Assembly: GCF_004010195.1 (NCBI RefSeq)
Contig: NC_057711.1
Coordinates: 80,404,180 to 80,447,699, forward strand
Origin: Chiloscyllium plagiosum
Lineage: Eukaryota
Reading direction: 5' to 3'
DNA: 43,520 bases
A program made the position numbers and the translations under genes. The notes beneath the pieces were generated by a model, which saw nothing but the letters and a program-made list of their open reading frames with translations, ran no database searches and was not told the DNA's origin. How positions within the stretch are numbered: the stretch's first letter is position 1; each line of letters begins with the position of its first letter. Shown piece after piece: positions 1 through 11,849 of this stretch.

Positions 1-64
1 CTGTGCTTTTCCAGCAACACATTTCCAGCTCTGATCTCCAGCATCTGCAGACCTCTCTTTCTCC
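1..64 (+). mobile_element. End of a Penelope-like terminal repeat (family A), cut by the window edge
   Basis: Reverse complement of the ggagaaagtgaggtctgcagatgctggagatcagagctg end seen at 14098, 21507 and 22973. Confidence 0.8.
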
Positions 65-430
65 ACAAAAAATTCACAGATGACACAAAGATAGTTGGAG
101 AAGTATGTTTATATGAAGATACGAGGAAATTGCAGACAGACACAGATAGCTTAAAAAAGTGGGCAAAACCTGGCAGATGAAGTATAATGTAAGAAAACAT
201 TAAGTTGTCATTTTGCCAGGAAAAATAAGCAAGTAGAGTATTACTTAAATGGAGAACTTCTGAATTTTGAGGTGCAGAGGGAACAAGGTGTTCTAGTGCA
301 TGAATCACAACAAAATAATATTCAGGCATAAAGAAGTGTTGTGGCACAGTGGTACAGTATGCATCAGGAAGGCTAATGGGATGTTATCCTCATGAACATA
401 AAAGTGAGAATGTTATGCTTCAGGTCAACA
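65..430 (+). mobile_element. Old CR1 LINE RT fragment
   Basis: KFTDDTKIVG...KWAK.WQMKYNV...EYYLNGE motifs with frameshifts. Confidence 0.8.
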
Positions 431-434
431 GCAT

Positions 435-548
435 GGTGATGAAGGAGCAGTTCCCCAAAAACCAGTGTTTTCAAATAAACCTGTTGGACTATAACCTGGT
501 GTCATGTGATTTTTGACCTTGTTCTACCCAGTCCAGCACCTCCACATC
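435..548 (+). mobile_element. Degenerate Penelope-like terminal repeat (family B)
   Basis: caaataaacctgttggactataacctggtg is shared with the copies at 9230 and 11680. Confidence 0.75.
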
Positions 549-1654
549 TTAACTCCACATTCGTTCTCTCTAGAGGACAAAGACTCACTTTACCTCTTCT
601 TTTTCTTTTTTTGAGAAAATGTTCAAATTTATTATCAATCTTTAATTTTCTAGCTAGGTTCCACCCTACTCCAATGTCTTCCTCCTGATTAATGTTTAAT
701 CATTCTTTGCCATGCTTTGTAATTTGCCACTCATCATTTCACAGCTATACACTTTTTCTTTAAACTCAGTATTTTTCTAACTCCTTCTGTTAACCACAGA
801 TGGTGGATTGTCCCTTTAAAAATTTTCTTTATTGAAGCAATATACTTATTCTGTGAGTATTTCAAAATATTCACTTTAATACCAGCACATCACTTGCATC
901 CATTCTTCACCCATACAACAAGATTCATACTTCTGTTTTCAGAATCTATTTATTGGTATGAAACCAGAGGCAAAGGATAATGTATCAAGCAGCAGGTCGG
1001 TTGTATAAGTAAATCTTTATCACAACCCACTTGCATGACTATGTCATTATAATAACTTAATGAACTTAACAGGCACTTTACAATGCATGAGTAAAGTAGG
1101 CGATTAATGTGATTCATAGATTTTATAATCATAGAGAGAATCATTGAAGAGTAAAAGCATGATGACTTTCGATTGACTGGAACTGAGACTCATTTGCCAA
1201 CTGAAAATTGTACAGGGTTGGTGTGATCAAGCAAGGATGGCTTTATGCAGGCATGAAAAACGCTCCTCATGGACCAACTGTTTCTGGCGATGTGCCTGTT
1301 ACATGCAAATAAAAACAATCCATTCCACACATGATAGACCCACAACGATAAAGAACTGAGATAGCAGAAATAAATTGCATCAGCAGCATGGTGGACTCTG
1401 GGAAATAAAGCAGTTGTTGCAGCTAGCATTCAGCCAGAATAGATTTCACAGCTACTTGATTAGACATTTGCTCAAAATTATGAAAAGCTAATCACTTCTA
1501 TGGTGATAATAAAGTATATAGGAATGAAATAAGCTCTTTCATGCATTAAAAGGAGCCATCAATCAATGTAACAATAATTTTAGCTGGAGAGATATAAAAT
1601 TTGTAGGCATGGCATACAAGTTTACAGAATTTTTATTCATTCTATGAAATGGTT

Positions 1655-1860
1655 TGATACAATTCGGCCTTTGGTTTGACCAGACCTGAAGCACCATATA
1701 CAGTTTGGTCTTTCCATCTGAGGAAGGATATATTAGCATTCAAGGCAGTACAACAAATCTTCACTTGGTTAGTTCCTGGAATTGTGTTAAATGGTAGACA
1801 GGCTCGAGGAGCCATTGGACCTTGTCCTGTTTCTTTTTTGTATGATCTTATGTTCCTCTA
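1655..1860 (+). mobile_element. Old CR1 3' remnant
   Basis: TRPEAPYTVWSFHLRKDI resembles CR1 VRPHLEYCVQFWSP.LRKDI and is followed by a CR1-like tail. Confidence 0.55.
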
Positions 1861-2089
1861 AGTGATGGACACAATGAACGGTAAACAAACTAGTCTTGTT
1901 GCAATGTCTGCTTGTCCCTCATCAAACCTTTGCATGTGCATACATAGATCAGCAACTTGTACTACTGAGCAGCTTTTATATGGTAAAACATCCCAAAGTA
2001 CTTCATGGAAGCAATTAAACCAAATTCAATACTGAGCCACATAATGCAATATTCGGAGCAGTGAGAAGGCCTGCCAATCAGTACTGCTG

Positions 2090-2257
2090 AGTGATTGCTC
2101 CATAGCAACATCTCTACCAATCAGAGTCCACTTGCCAACCAATCAACATCTTCTCTCATATTGCAAAATTTGCTTATCCTTTTAAATTGATATCCTTGCA
2201 ATTGTCCTGATGAGTACAAGTCTATAGCTTCAACAAAAGGTCTCTTTTTCAGCAATA
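2090..2257 (+). mobile_element. Probable old Penelope-like terminus (family C) with CCAAT repeats and a decayed hammerhead
   Basis: Three ccaatc motifs, then ttgtc-CTGATGA-gtacaagtctat-agcttc-aacaa. The GAAA box is lost. Confidence 0.4.
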
Positions 2258-2659
2258 ATCCTTTCATTTCTCTTTCTGTACCTGATTGAATATTTCACTG
2301 ACCCACTCTAAGTTTACCTTCTTCGCTGTTTTTCCTTTTTTTAATTTCTCAAACTGTAATTTCATTGCTTAATGAGACAGACTGGTTTTTAAAGATCATC
2401 AAGGTTCCAAATGTGCTGTTGCTCATTCTAGCCATGCTGGTAACAGCAGCCATTTCAATAACCTTGAACAAAACAATTTTGAACTGAAGAGTACACTAAC
2501 AAGTTTAACTAACAGGGCCACTGCAAAATGTCCTACTCCAGCAAATTGTGGGCCATACGTAATGCCATGTTTAATTGAAACTTACAGTCAGAGTGAAAAA
2601 CTGTTATTACAGTGAAATTATACTTGGGCTTAGTAAATCATGGATTCATCTTAAGCCTT

Positions 2660-2707
2660 ATATAACAATCAAGTTCATGCATTAAAATTCATGTTATAGC
2701 AATGAAC
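2660..2707 (-). pseudogene. Possible terminal pseudo-exon
   Basis: cttcctacag acceptor, then FIAIT*ILMHELDCYI; compare TASOR2 RFAVLLT...GILVTDVNNFI. The phase is compatible with the preceding donor. Confidence 0.35.
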
Positions 2708-3577
2708 CTGTAGGAAGTGCACAAGCACTGAAATGCCTCATCTGACACAAAGATAACCACTCCATTTGAAAGTGGAAATTAGTTTCCTGAGGTTATACTG
2801 TACGCTTGATTTATTCCATCTTGAAAAATCATGTGACTTAATGTTTCTTGCTTGAGCTGCTACTGTCAGCGCAAACATGACCTGATAACACATTGTCAGA
2901 GAAACTCCAGAGAACGAGCAACAATCTAACATCTCGCTGCAGAGTGCAAAGCTTCATTAAATATGTGCATATTGATTAAAGGTTCCCCTGTGCTTCTTTT
3001 CAACAAAGGAAAAAGTTAAAATGAGTTAGCAAAGAAGTGGCCGTGCTCATTTATCTGATACTTGAACCAACAATTTTGAGAAGTCACGGTAAGTCTCAAG
3101 CTAAAATGTATAAAGAAAACAGCCGTGGCTGATTGATTGACACAAGGTGTTTGCTACAATGAATGGCATGTTCATTCCGAACGTTAGATCAGTTTATATT
3201 TATATTTCTGGGGTTACTGAACAGTCTACTGAACATAAACACATGGAGAAAAGGTAAGCGAATAGGTCAGATTTCAGTTATCTCTTTAAGTCAGAGAACA
3301 TTTATCAGGATCTCATGTACTCCATTATTAAACTGATATTCCATACAATTAGAAGTTGAGAGTAGAAGCTATGTCTGACCATGGGACCATGTGTGAGCCA
3401 GTTTATGACAACAGAGTAATCCCCAACATCTCAGAAAACAGGCTCCATGATTCATGAAGATTCATGTCCATTCTATTATGGGATTGTACAGTTAAACTAA
3501 GAAGGTCCAACGTTTTTTTGAATTCACATTCTAATATAAGTGAGCAAACATGCCATATTAGGACTTCAGCCACTCAC

Positions 3578-4098
3578 TCTAACAGATTCATATGGTTAGT
3601 AGGAGCAGTCAATTCAAAGGACATTGTCCATGTCAGACAGGACAGAAGATCTGCCAAAGAGCAACCTTGCAAGTGGAAGATAGACATGCTTCCCCTGTGC
3701 ACATCATGGTCCCTTATGATGTCAGTCAGTGACGAATGGTGGATTCTGATTCTGCCATTCGGCTGCCTGTATATCCTGCCAACTGAAACACCGGGCAAGT
3801 TTAGAATGCCCAAAGCTAGATTGCCTCCCTGACACCACTGATGTTTTGAGGGATAATTGATCACCACAGAGATGACAGGTATGCTGATATCCCAAAAACA
3901 AATTTAAAAAAGGACCTTTACACCTATCGAACCAGGTATGGGATTTCTTCCACATCCAGCCCTTGGCTGATCTTTGAGTGAAATTTTCATGTCAAAGAAT
4001 GGAATGTATTAAAATGTTCTAAAACACAAAGAGGTCATTAAACACATGATCTTGGTGCCTGTCTTTCTTTGCAAATTGCCTCCTAATACATGATTGTG
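3578..4098 (-). pseudogene. Pseudo-exon: TASOR-type C-terminal PIN-like domain
   Basis: tag|HNHVLGG...IL*HENF...VEEIPYLV...QGGNLALGILNLPGVSVGRI..QPNGRIRIH...SMSIFHLQGCSLADLLS; compare NLLKKGG...IIRNEDI...HQIPSLL...SGGFIVSDESILNPE...PEGKWQWKVH...ALSLLTLL..QKKHLVEILS. Donor gtgagt at 3572-3577. Confidence 0.6.
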
Positions 4099-4194
4099 CT
4101 AGGAGATTGATTCAAAGTTCAAACATTTTAGCAGAAAATGGAGAAAGAACAAAGATCATCTGTTCCCTGCTCATATGATGGAGGTTACTTATAA

Positions 4195-4830
4195 TTCACT
4201 CAGAGGATGTGGGCGAGGCTAATTATTATTATCCATGCCTAGTTGCCTATGAGAAGGTTATGGTGAGCTATCTTCTTAATCGCTGCAGTCCATGTGCTGT
4301 TAGGGAGACAGTTCCAGGATTATAACCCAATGACATTGAAGGAATTGTGATATTTCCAAGTCAGGATGATGTGTGGCTTGGAGGGGAGCTTTTGGCATTG
4401 TTCCCTGTATTTATTGCCTTTGCGCTTCTAGATGGCATTGGTCATGGGTTTGGAGCATACTGCCTACAAAGTTTTGGAGAGCTATTATAGTGTTGCTGTT
4501 CATCTTGTGGACAGTATATACTGCAGTCACTGTGCATTGGTGGTGAAATGAATTAATGTTTAAAATGATCAATAAGTTATAGATTATATTGTCCTGGGTG
4601 GTGTCAAACATCTAGAGTGTTGTTGGAGCTATGGATAAAGGAGAGTATTCCATTATAATCCTGACTTGAGCCTTGTAGCTATTAGACAGGTTTTGAAAGG
4701 TGGGATTATCCTCACAGGCTTCCCAGCTTCTGAACTGCTCTTGTAGGCACAGAATTTATTTGGTGGCTCCAGCTAAGTTTTTGCTCAATGATAACCCCCC
4801 AAGATGTTGATAGCGGGCAACGCAGCAATG
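4195..4830 (-). mobile_element. CR1-like LINE 3' end (second family, tail shared with the Deu-SINE)
   Basis: Homologous to the + strand copy at 27830-28565; tail agctcacc..ccttctc..ggcaactagg. Confidence 0.7.
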
Positions 4831-4834
4831 GAAA

Positions 4835-6147
4835 TATAATCATTGAAAAACTTACAACTGCAAAAAAGGCCCATGAGAACTGCACTCGTTGAAGAAAACT
4901 CTAACCATTCATTCTAATCTCACCTTTCAGCACCTGGTTCATAACTTAATAGATTAAAACACTTCAGGAACAAATACAGGTACATTTTACATTTGTTTTA
5001 ATTAGTTTCAACCAGCAGAGCAGAGAATTGCGGACACCCACCCAAAACCCTCTGGGTGAAGTAACCTTTCTTCATGTGCCCTCTACCACTTCTACCAATC
5101 ACTGTAAATCTGTGCCACCTAGTAACTGGTCTTTCTGCTAAGGAAGTGTGCCATTCCTGTCTATCTAGGCTCCTCATAAGTTTGTACACCCCAAATGAAC
5201 CACAGCGGCATGATGACACAGCTGTTAGCACTGCTGCCTCACAATGCCAGAGACCCGGGTACAATTCCCACCTCAGGTGACTGTGTGGAGTTTGCACATT
5301 CTCCCTGTGTCTGCGTGGGCTTCCTCCAGGTGCTCCGGTTTCCTCCCACAGTCCAAAAAAATGTGCAGGTTAGGTGAATTGGCCACGCTAAATTGCCCAT
5401 AGTGTTAGGTGCAGGGGTAAATGTAGGGAATGGGTCTGGGTGGGTTGTGTTTCGGCGGGTCGGTGTGGACTTGTTGGGCTGAAGGGCCTGTTTCCAAACT
5501 GTAAGTAATCTAATCTAATCTACCCGACAGCCTCGTCTCTTCTAAGCTGAACAAGTTTAGGCTACGCAGGGTTTTCCATGTCACTGTAATTTTCAAACCC
5601 TGACAACATTTTTGTGACTCTCCCCTGTACTCTCCCCAGAACGATTATGTCATTCTTGTAAAGAGGTCACCAGAAATGCACTCAAATTTCAAGGTGTAGC
5701 CTAATCAGCATTTTATGTAGTCACAGCATCACATCCCTGCTTTTCTATTCTATACCTCACTCACAAAGCTTTAAATAAAGCATTCCATATTCTTTGTTTA
5801 CCACCTTATCCAGCAGTCCTGCCACCTTCAGGGACCTGTGGACATGCATTTTAAGGTCTAATATATCTCCTACCCCTCTCAGTATCGGCTCATTTATTGT
5901 GCATTCCTTTGTTTTGTTTCTATATCCCCCACGTATTACCTTACATTTCTTTGGATTAAATTCCAATTGCCAATTTTCTGTCCATTCAAACAAATCATTG
6001 ATATCAAACTGGAGACCACAGCTATCACTTTTTAATAATCTAACCATACCTCCTATATTCATATCCAAATCATTGACATAAATGACAAAAAGCAGTGGAC
6101 CCAGCTCCAAACCTTGTAACACACCACTACTCGTAGGTCTCCAGTCT
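4835..6147 (-). mobile_element. CR1/HER1 LINE 3' fragment(s), interrupted by a SINE
   Basis: ORF 5757..6122: QGLELGPLLFVIYVNDLD...WQLEFNPKKCKV. Confidence 0.85.
5204..5522 (+). mobile_element. HE1-type V-SINE (tRNA head, V domain, HER1 LINE tail)
   Basis: tRNA-like head; V domain tgtgtggagtttgcacattctccc...ccggtttcctcccacagtccaaa; LINE tail gggctgaagggcctgtttcc; (taatc)n end. Confidence 0.92.
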
Positions 6148-6852
6148 GATGTTGAACAAAGAGACTTTGGAGTTCGCGTTCATAGTCCATTGGGTGTCGA
6201 GTCACAGGCGGACAAGATAGTGAAGAAGGCATCTGTTATGCTTGCCTTTATTGGTCAGTGCGTTCAGTACGGGAGTTGGGAAGTCATTTGCAAATGTACA
6301 GAACTTTGGTTAGACCACTTTTGGTATACTGCATTAAATCCTGGTGTCCTGGCTATAGGAAAGATGTTGTGAAACTTGAAAGGATTAGAAAAAATTTATA
6401 AGGATGTTGCCTGGATTGGGGTGTTTGAGCAATAAGGAGAGGCTGAATAAGCTGAGGCTATTTTACATGGAATGTCAGAGGCTGAAGGTTGACCTTTTGG
6501 AGGTTTATAAAATCATGAGGGGCATGGATGGGTCTTTTCCCAGAGTAGGGGAGTCCAAAACTAGAGGGCATAGGTTAAAGTTGAAAGGCAAAAGATTTAA
6601 AAGGGACCTAACAAGTAACTTTTTCACATTGAGGATGGTGCGTGTATGGAGTGAACTTCCAGAAGAAGTGGTGGAGGCTGATGCAATTACAACATTTAAA
6701 AGGCATCATGATGGGTACATGAATAAGAAGGGCTAAGAGTGATCTGGATCAAATGTTGGCAAACAGGACTAAATTAATTTAGGATATCTGGTTGGGCATG
6801 GACGAGTTGGCCCGAAGAGTCTGTTTCCATGCTGTACATCTCTATGGCTCTA
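6148..6852 (+). mobile_element. CR1/HER1 LINE 3' end
   Basis: EQRDFGVRVHS...EVYKIMRGMD...FFTLRMVRVWSELP, followed by the 3' UTR. Confidence 0.9.
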
Positions 6853-6929
6853 CCTTCAGGATTGACTGAAAGGACAATTTTGTGGCTATTGCAAATTTCC
6901 TAATAAACCGTTTTACATTTAAATCCACT

Positions 6930-7558
6930 TTAGCCACAAGGGATCCAACACTGAGTTCTGTAGGATGCTGCTGGAAACCCCTTTCCATTTACAGAAACAT
7001 CCATTGACCATTTGCTTCCAGTCACTGAGTCAATTGTGAATGCAAACCTACTCATCCTCATGTACACAAAGGGCTTCCACTTTTCTGTCCAGCCTGCCAT
7101 ATTGGACCTTGTCAAGTGCCTGATGAGAAGTTTGGCATTTGGCCAAGCACTCTCTAGTGTCTGAGGAGTCACAAATGATGCTGAACATTATACAATCATC
7201 AGCAAACATCTCACTTCTGACATTACAATTGTGACATTGAAGATGCAGAAAAATGGTTGTGCCCAGGCCACAACCCTGAGGAACCTTTGCAATGATGTCC
7301 TGAAGTTGAAATGACTGATCATCAACAACCACAACCATCTTCCTTTGTGCTAGACATGATTCCAGTCAGCAGAAGACTTTCTTCTGGATTCCCTTTCACT
7401 CGAGTTTTGCTTGAGCGCCTCAAAGAAAATTCAGCCAAATATAGCCTTGATGTCAAGAACAGTCATCAGCACTTCCTCTCTTCAGTTCGGTCTGTTTGTT
7501 TGGACCAAGGCTGTAATGAGGTGAGGTGCTGAGTGGCCCTGGCAGAACCCAATCTAAG
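6930..7558 (-). mobile_element. Fragments of two CR1-type LINE RT regions
   Basis: KVPQGCGLG...MFADDC in ORF 7048..7338, next to an adjacent degenerate RT segment. Confidence 0.7.
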
Positions 7559-7572
7559 CCACTAGGGACAGT

Positions 7573-7793
7573 CAAAAAGAGTGGCACTGAAAAAGCACAG
7601 CAGGTCAGGCAGCATTCGAGGAGCAAGAATGTCGATGTTTCAGGCATAAGCCCTTCATCAGGAATGTCCTGGTGAAGGGCTTATGCTCGAAACATCGATT
7701 CTCCTGTTCCTCGGATGCTGCCTGACCGGCTGTGCTTTTCCAGCACCACATGTTTTGACTCTGATTTCCATTATCTGCAGTTCTCACTTTCTC
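7573..7793. mobile_element. Palindromic Penelope-like insertion (family A) with two decayed hammerhead motifs
   Basis: Inverted arms around ~7665. TSD-like ccactagggacagt (7559-7572) / ccactagagatagt (7794-7807). Confidence 0.85.
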
Positions 7794-9109
7794 CCACTAG
7801 AGATAGTAAATACCTACAGATCTGGAATAAGAAACCAGAACAATAGCAAACTAGTTAAGGAGTACATTGTAGCATGAAGTTATCGCTCATTACAACTTCT
7901 GCACATTCTGAAACATGCATAGTACGACAGCCATGAAAACATAATTGGTATGAAAGTATACAAACCAATCACTTCTGATATAAAACGGTATATTGCAAGA
8001 CGGAGCCAGTGCTTAATTTGTCAGAACCAGGCTGAAGAGAATCTAAAGAAGTTGGAGAATAATGGTACACAAATGAAAATTGACTGTAGTGATTGTGCAA
8101 ACTCAGTCCATCAAGTAGTGATCAAGTCAAACAAAACTATTAGACTATGTGGGATCTACAAAGTCACAATTAACTAGTCAGTGGATGATGAAGTGTATTT
8201 ATTATTGACCTAATGTGATTTATTTGTGGATTCTGTGAGTTTCAAGACATTCACAAAGTTACATTTATGTCACATCATGCACAGTTCAATATAGATCAAG
8301 AGAGTCAGCAGTAACTCATAATAATCACATGTGCATTATGAAGCAGTTCTTCCAAGCAATAATAGATAAGATTTGCAAGGCATGCTGCATCATTGTGCAA
8401 TCGGGATGAAATGATGATCACAATAGGAGCAAATCTTCAAGTATTCAATGAAGTGATATCAATGCTCAATTATTACAATGCAAAAATGGAGCAATTATGC
8501 TTTTATGCAAGTGAAGATAATTTATCTTGGCCCAAAATCAATGAAAAGGGGCTACAAAAAGTGAAAGAGAAAATAGAGACTGTAGTCACTGCTCCAAAGT
8601 CAAAAGATATATCTGAGTTTAGAACCATTTTATGCGTTGCTCAATATTAATTGTGAATTCTGCTTGCAGTAGTGTTAGCTCCATTACATGAACTGTTAAA
8701 GAATAATATGAAATGGGACAGGTCTGAAGTGGAAGAAGACACTTATGACACATATATGAGAAGCTTGACAAGTGATGCACTACTCATTCACTCCAACATA
8801 AATTGTGACCTTAAAGTTGCCTGTGACACTTCAAAATATGGAGTGATAAGTCATGTCTTAGATAATTGGCATAGGGACATGAGAACAAGGGGAGTAAAAT
8901 GTGGCTAAAAGAATGGTGTGGGAAAGAGGGTTTCATTTTATGGTTGGAATACAGACAGTCGCCAACCTCACACCTTTTAATGCATTGGCTGAGCTGACAT
9001 GTCAAGTTATCTCGGGAATGTGAATTGGAAGAAGTTCTGGAATTTACACACTAATGAATCGAAACCTGCAACCCAATCTAAGTGATTAAACACGTAACCG
9101 CAATTTAGG

Positions 9110-9277
9110 TTTGTTCAATACATCACATCAGTTGTCTGACAGTTTGATCTTTTACTGGAAATTCTGTGTCCTATGACCCTGCCCCACGAGCTACCTGAGG
9201 AAGGAGCAGTGCTCCGAAAGCTTGTACTTCCAAATAAACCTGTTGGACTATAACCTGGTGTTGTGTGATTTTTAACT
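9110..9277 (+). mobile_element. Penelope-like terminal repeat (family B)
   Basis: Contains the hammerhead motif and the family-B tail; lies inside the Gypsy RNase H region. Confidence 0.8.
9192..9226 (+). ncRNA. Minimal type I hammerhead ribozyme motif (intact core)
   Basis: UAC-CUGAGGA-A-GGAGC(AGU)GCUCC-GAAAG-CUU-GUA: 3-bp stem I, 5-bp stem II, palindromic AGCU stem III. Confidence 0.75.
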
Positions 9278-10967
9278 ATATGCTTGTAACATGTAGAAAG
9301 GAGGATGAGTTTGGAAGCATTTTCAGAATCAAAAAGTTTCATGATTTTTTGCTGGGTGGAAACTTTATGTTTGAAACAGACCTGTTTAATATCTGGTAAT
9401 ATCCAGCAAGGTCTGCAAACCTGATGATGGCAACATCAAAGATTTAGTGCTGGGTGGCATTTTTCTGGCAGTATGTCAATAAACATTGAATATTATAGCT
9501 CAAAAAGGAATATTATTGCTGACCAACTATCGTTTTGCCACATGAGGATTCAGATGTAGGCTATGATGGTGCAATCTTCACAACAGGGATAGCAGATGAT
9601 GACTTTTCAATCCCAGTTAGTGGCATTGCAGTTGGAAGAGTGTTGAAAAGTAATTATGAACATACATTGACTGGTAGAACAGAATTTGACCAGTGTGTCG
9701 ATAAGGACCAGGAATCGTTCCATAATCATTACAATGAGCTGTCATGTGAGCAGGTCTGCATCAAGTGGGGTCACAGAGTGATAGCACCTGATTTCTGCCA
9801 GATCTCCATATCTGACACATAGGAATTGTCAGCATAATAGCAATACCAAGAGGATTCTTGACTGGTGATCTAGAATCAGTAGTAAGTAATACAATGTCTG
9901 CCAAAAGTGCCAAAATAAGCTGCAAAATACCCTTTTCAATCATGGTCACAACTGAATCATTAGTTCCAAAGAGTCTATGCAGACATTTGTGAAAAGGAAA
10001 ATAAAAGTTTGCAACTGGTATTGAACCAAGAAAGGGAGGAAGACTTGAACAACATGAAAGCTAATTTTGAAAAGATCATTAAGCAAGAACATACATTGAA
10101 AACTCAGGCGATCGATAAATTTTCTGAGATATCGAACCACTAAGGCATAAATATGAATTGGGGAGATGCCTGAAAGAAACAGGATCTCTGGAATTACGGT
10201 ATCAAATCTAAACATCCAGAGCCTGACTCCACATCAAAACCTTAAAGAAGATCAAGACATCTCCACAAGATAGTTACTACATTTGATTGCGAATGTGATT
10301 TTTTAAAAGAGTCCAGTAGAATCAAGCCAGTGACCAAATTCATACAGAAATGCTTCATTTGCTTTTGATTGTTGTAGATTTTTTAATCAACTCGTTCAAA
10401 ATGTGATGCCACATATTTGGAGCAGGTGGAACATGAACCCAGAATCCTGCCCAAGGGGTAGGGACACAATAGTATGCCATAGAAAACAATATTTCAAAAA
10501 TCTTTAACAGGGATACATGTTCCCACATAATGAATGTGCGCAATGTGCAATAGAATCAGAAACTACGTGTGCGAACCAGCTTGGTGTCTCCGTTTATTTT
10601 CAAGTAGCCCCAATTTATCATTGTCTAATATGGTCTGAAGTGAGAAAATAGAGCTGTTGATTTTTTTTTCATTTTTGATAGTTCAGCTTCTGCTTGGTTT
10701 CTCAACAAAGATGTATTTTTATTTTTCCAGCTCAGTACTGGATTGTGCAAAGTCCTTTCATCAATTAAATAGTTTGAAGTATTCAAGTCTATTGTAATGT
10801 TCAAAATGCAAAAATTAATTTTTCACACAACAAAGTTTTCAGCTGGAATATGTGACCAGTGCTTTGGAGTCATACTTGATCAGGTGGCTGTCTTGCCAAC
10901 TAAATCACAAAAAGTCTGCAGTTTGGAAATTTATTAATGTAAATTAAATTACTGAATATTGCTAAGA

Positions 10968-11405
10968 TCGGAGGATTTGAGCTAAAGGGAGAGGCTGTAT
11001 AGGCTGGGGCTATTTTCCCTGAAGTATCAGAGGCTGAGGGGTGACCTTATAAAGGTTTATCAAATCAGGAGGGGCATGGAAAGGGTCTTTTCTCCAAGGT
11101 CTGGAAGTCCAAAAGTAGAGAGTGTACATTTAAGGTGAGATGAGAAAGATTTAAAAAGGACCTAAGGGGCAATTTTTCATCCAGAGTGTAGTGCATGTAT
11201 AGAACGAGCTGCCAGAGGAAGTGGTGAAGGCTGGTACAATTACAACATTTAAAAGGCATCTGGATGGGTTTATGAATAGGAAGGGGTTAAATGGATAAGG
11301 GTCAAATGCTGTCAAATGGGACTAGATTAAGATAGGATATCTGCTCGGCAAGGACAAGTTGGACCGAAAGCTCTGTTTCCATGCTGTACATCTTTAAGAC
11401 TCTAT
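10968..11405 (+). mobile_element. 5'-truncated CR1/HER1 LINE 3' end
   Basis: Same family as 6148-6852; ends ctgtttccatgctgtacatctttaagactctat. Confidence 0.9.
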
Positions 11406-11551
11406 GAATGCCCGAGACTTAATGGAAAGAGAGAATTGCAGATGGATATATTGATTAAGAAATAATTGGTTAAAAATTGGTTTTATAAATATGGGAATCT
11501 AGTAATCAGTGTGATGAGAGCTTTATGGAGGGAGGCTAACGGATATAAAGG

Positions 11552-11765
11552 CAAAAATCATACAACACCAGGTTATAGTCCAACAGATTTATTTGGAAAT
11601 ATGAGCTTTCGGAGTACTGTTCCTTCATTAGGTAATTAACTACCTGTTGAAGGAGCAGCGCTCTGAAAGCTAGTTCTTCCAAATAAACTTGTTGGACAAT
11701 AACCTGATGTTGTGTAATTGTTTTAACTTTGTCCACCCTGTCCAATACTGGCACCTCCACATCAT
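11552..11765. mobile_element. Palindromic Penelope-like insertion (family B) with mutated hammerheads in both arms
   Basis: Inverted arms around ~11637. Exact TSD gatataaagg at 11542-11551 and 11766-11775. Confidence 0.88.
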
Positions 11766-11849
11766 GATATAAAGGTCACAGAAAGGTGTTTAATTTAATT
11801 CTGCTTAAATATATTAATCTTTCGGGACATAACAACTAGTATCAGAGGA

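Larger units (their letters stand above)
7930..10330 (+). mobile_element. Degenerate Ty3/Gypsy pol relic (RT, RNase H, integrase region)
   Basis: KSNKTIRLCGIYKVTIN, LAPLHELLKNNMKW, VACDTSKYG, KKFHDFLLGGNF..ETD, LSCEQVCIKWGHRVIAP. Nested insertions at ~8870-9277. Confidence 0.8.

Noticed and set aside
3464..3832. 122-aa plus-strand ORF
   Set aside because: No recognisable protein; it is the antisense shadow of the minus-strand pseudo-exon.
3574..3867. Kinase-like words (HDVHRG, SLADLL, HMNLLEFIA) in the minus-strand ORF
   Set aside because: Their order does not fit kinase subdomains; the TASOR-type C-terminal domain explains the whole stretch better.
5204..5280. tRNA-like sequence
   Set aside because: Head of the HE1 SINE, not a tRNA gene.
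8870..9000. WLKEWCGKEGFH segment inside the Gypsy relic, resembling CR1 ORF1 SGNH esterase
   Set aside because: Too short and decayed to call confidently; it would be an ordinary nested LINE fragment.
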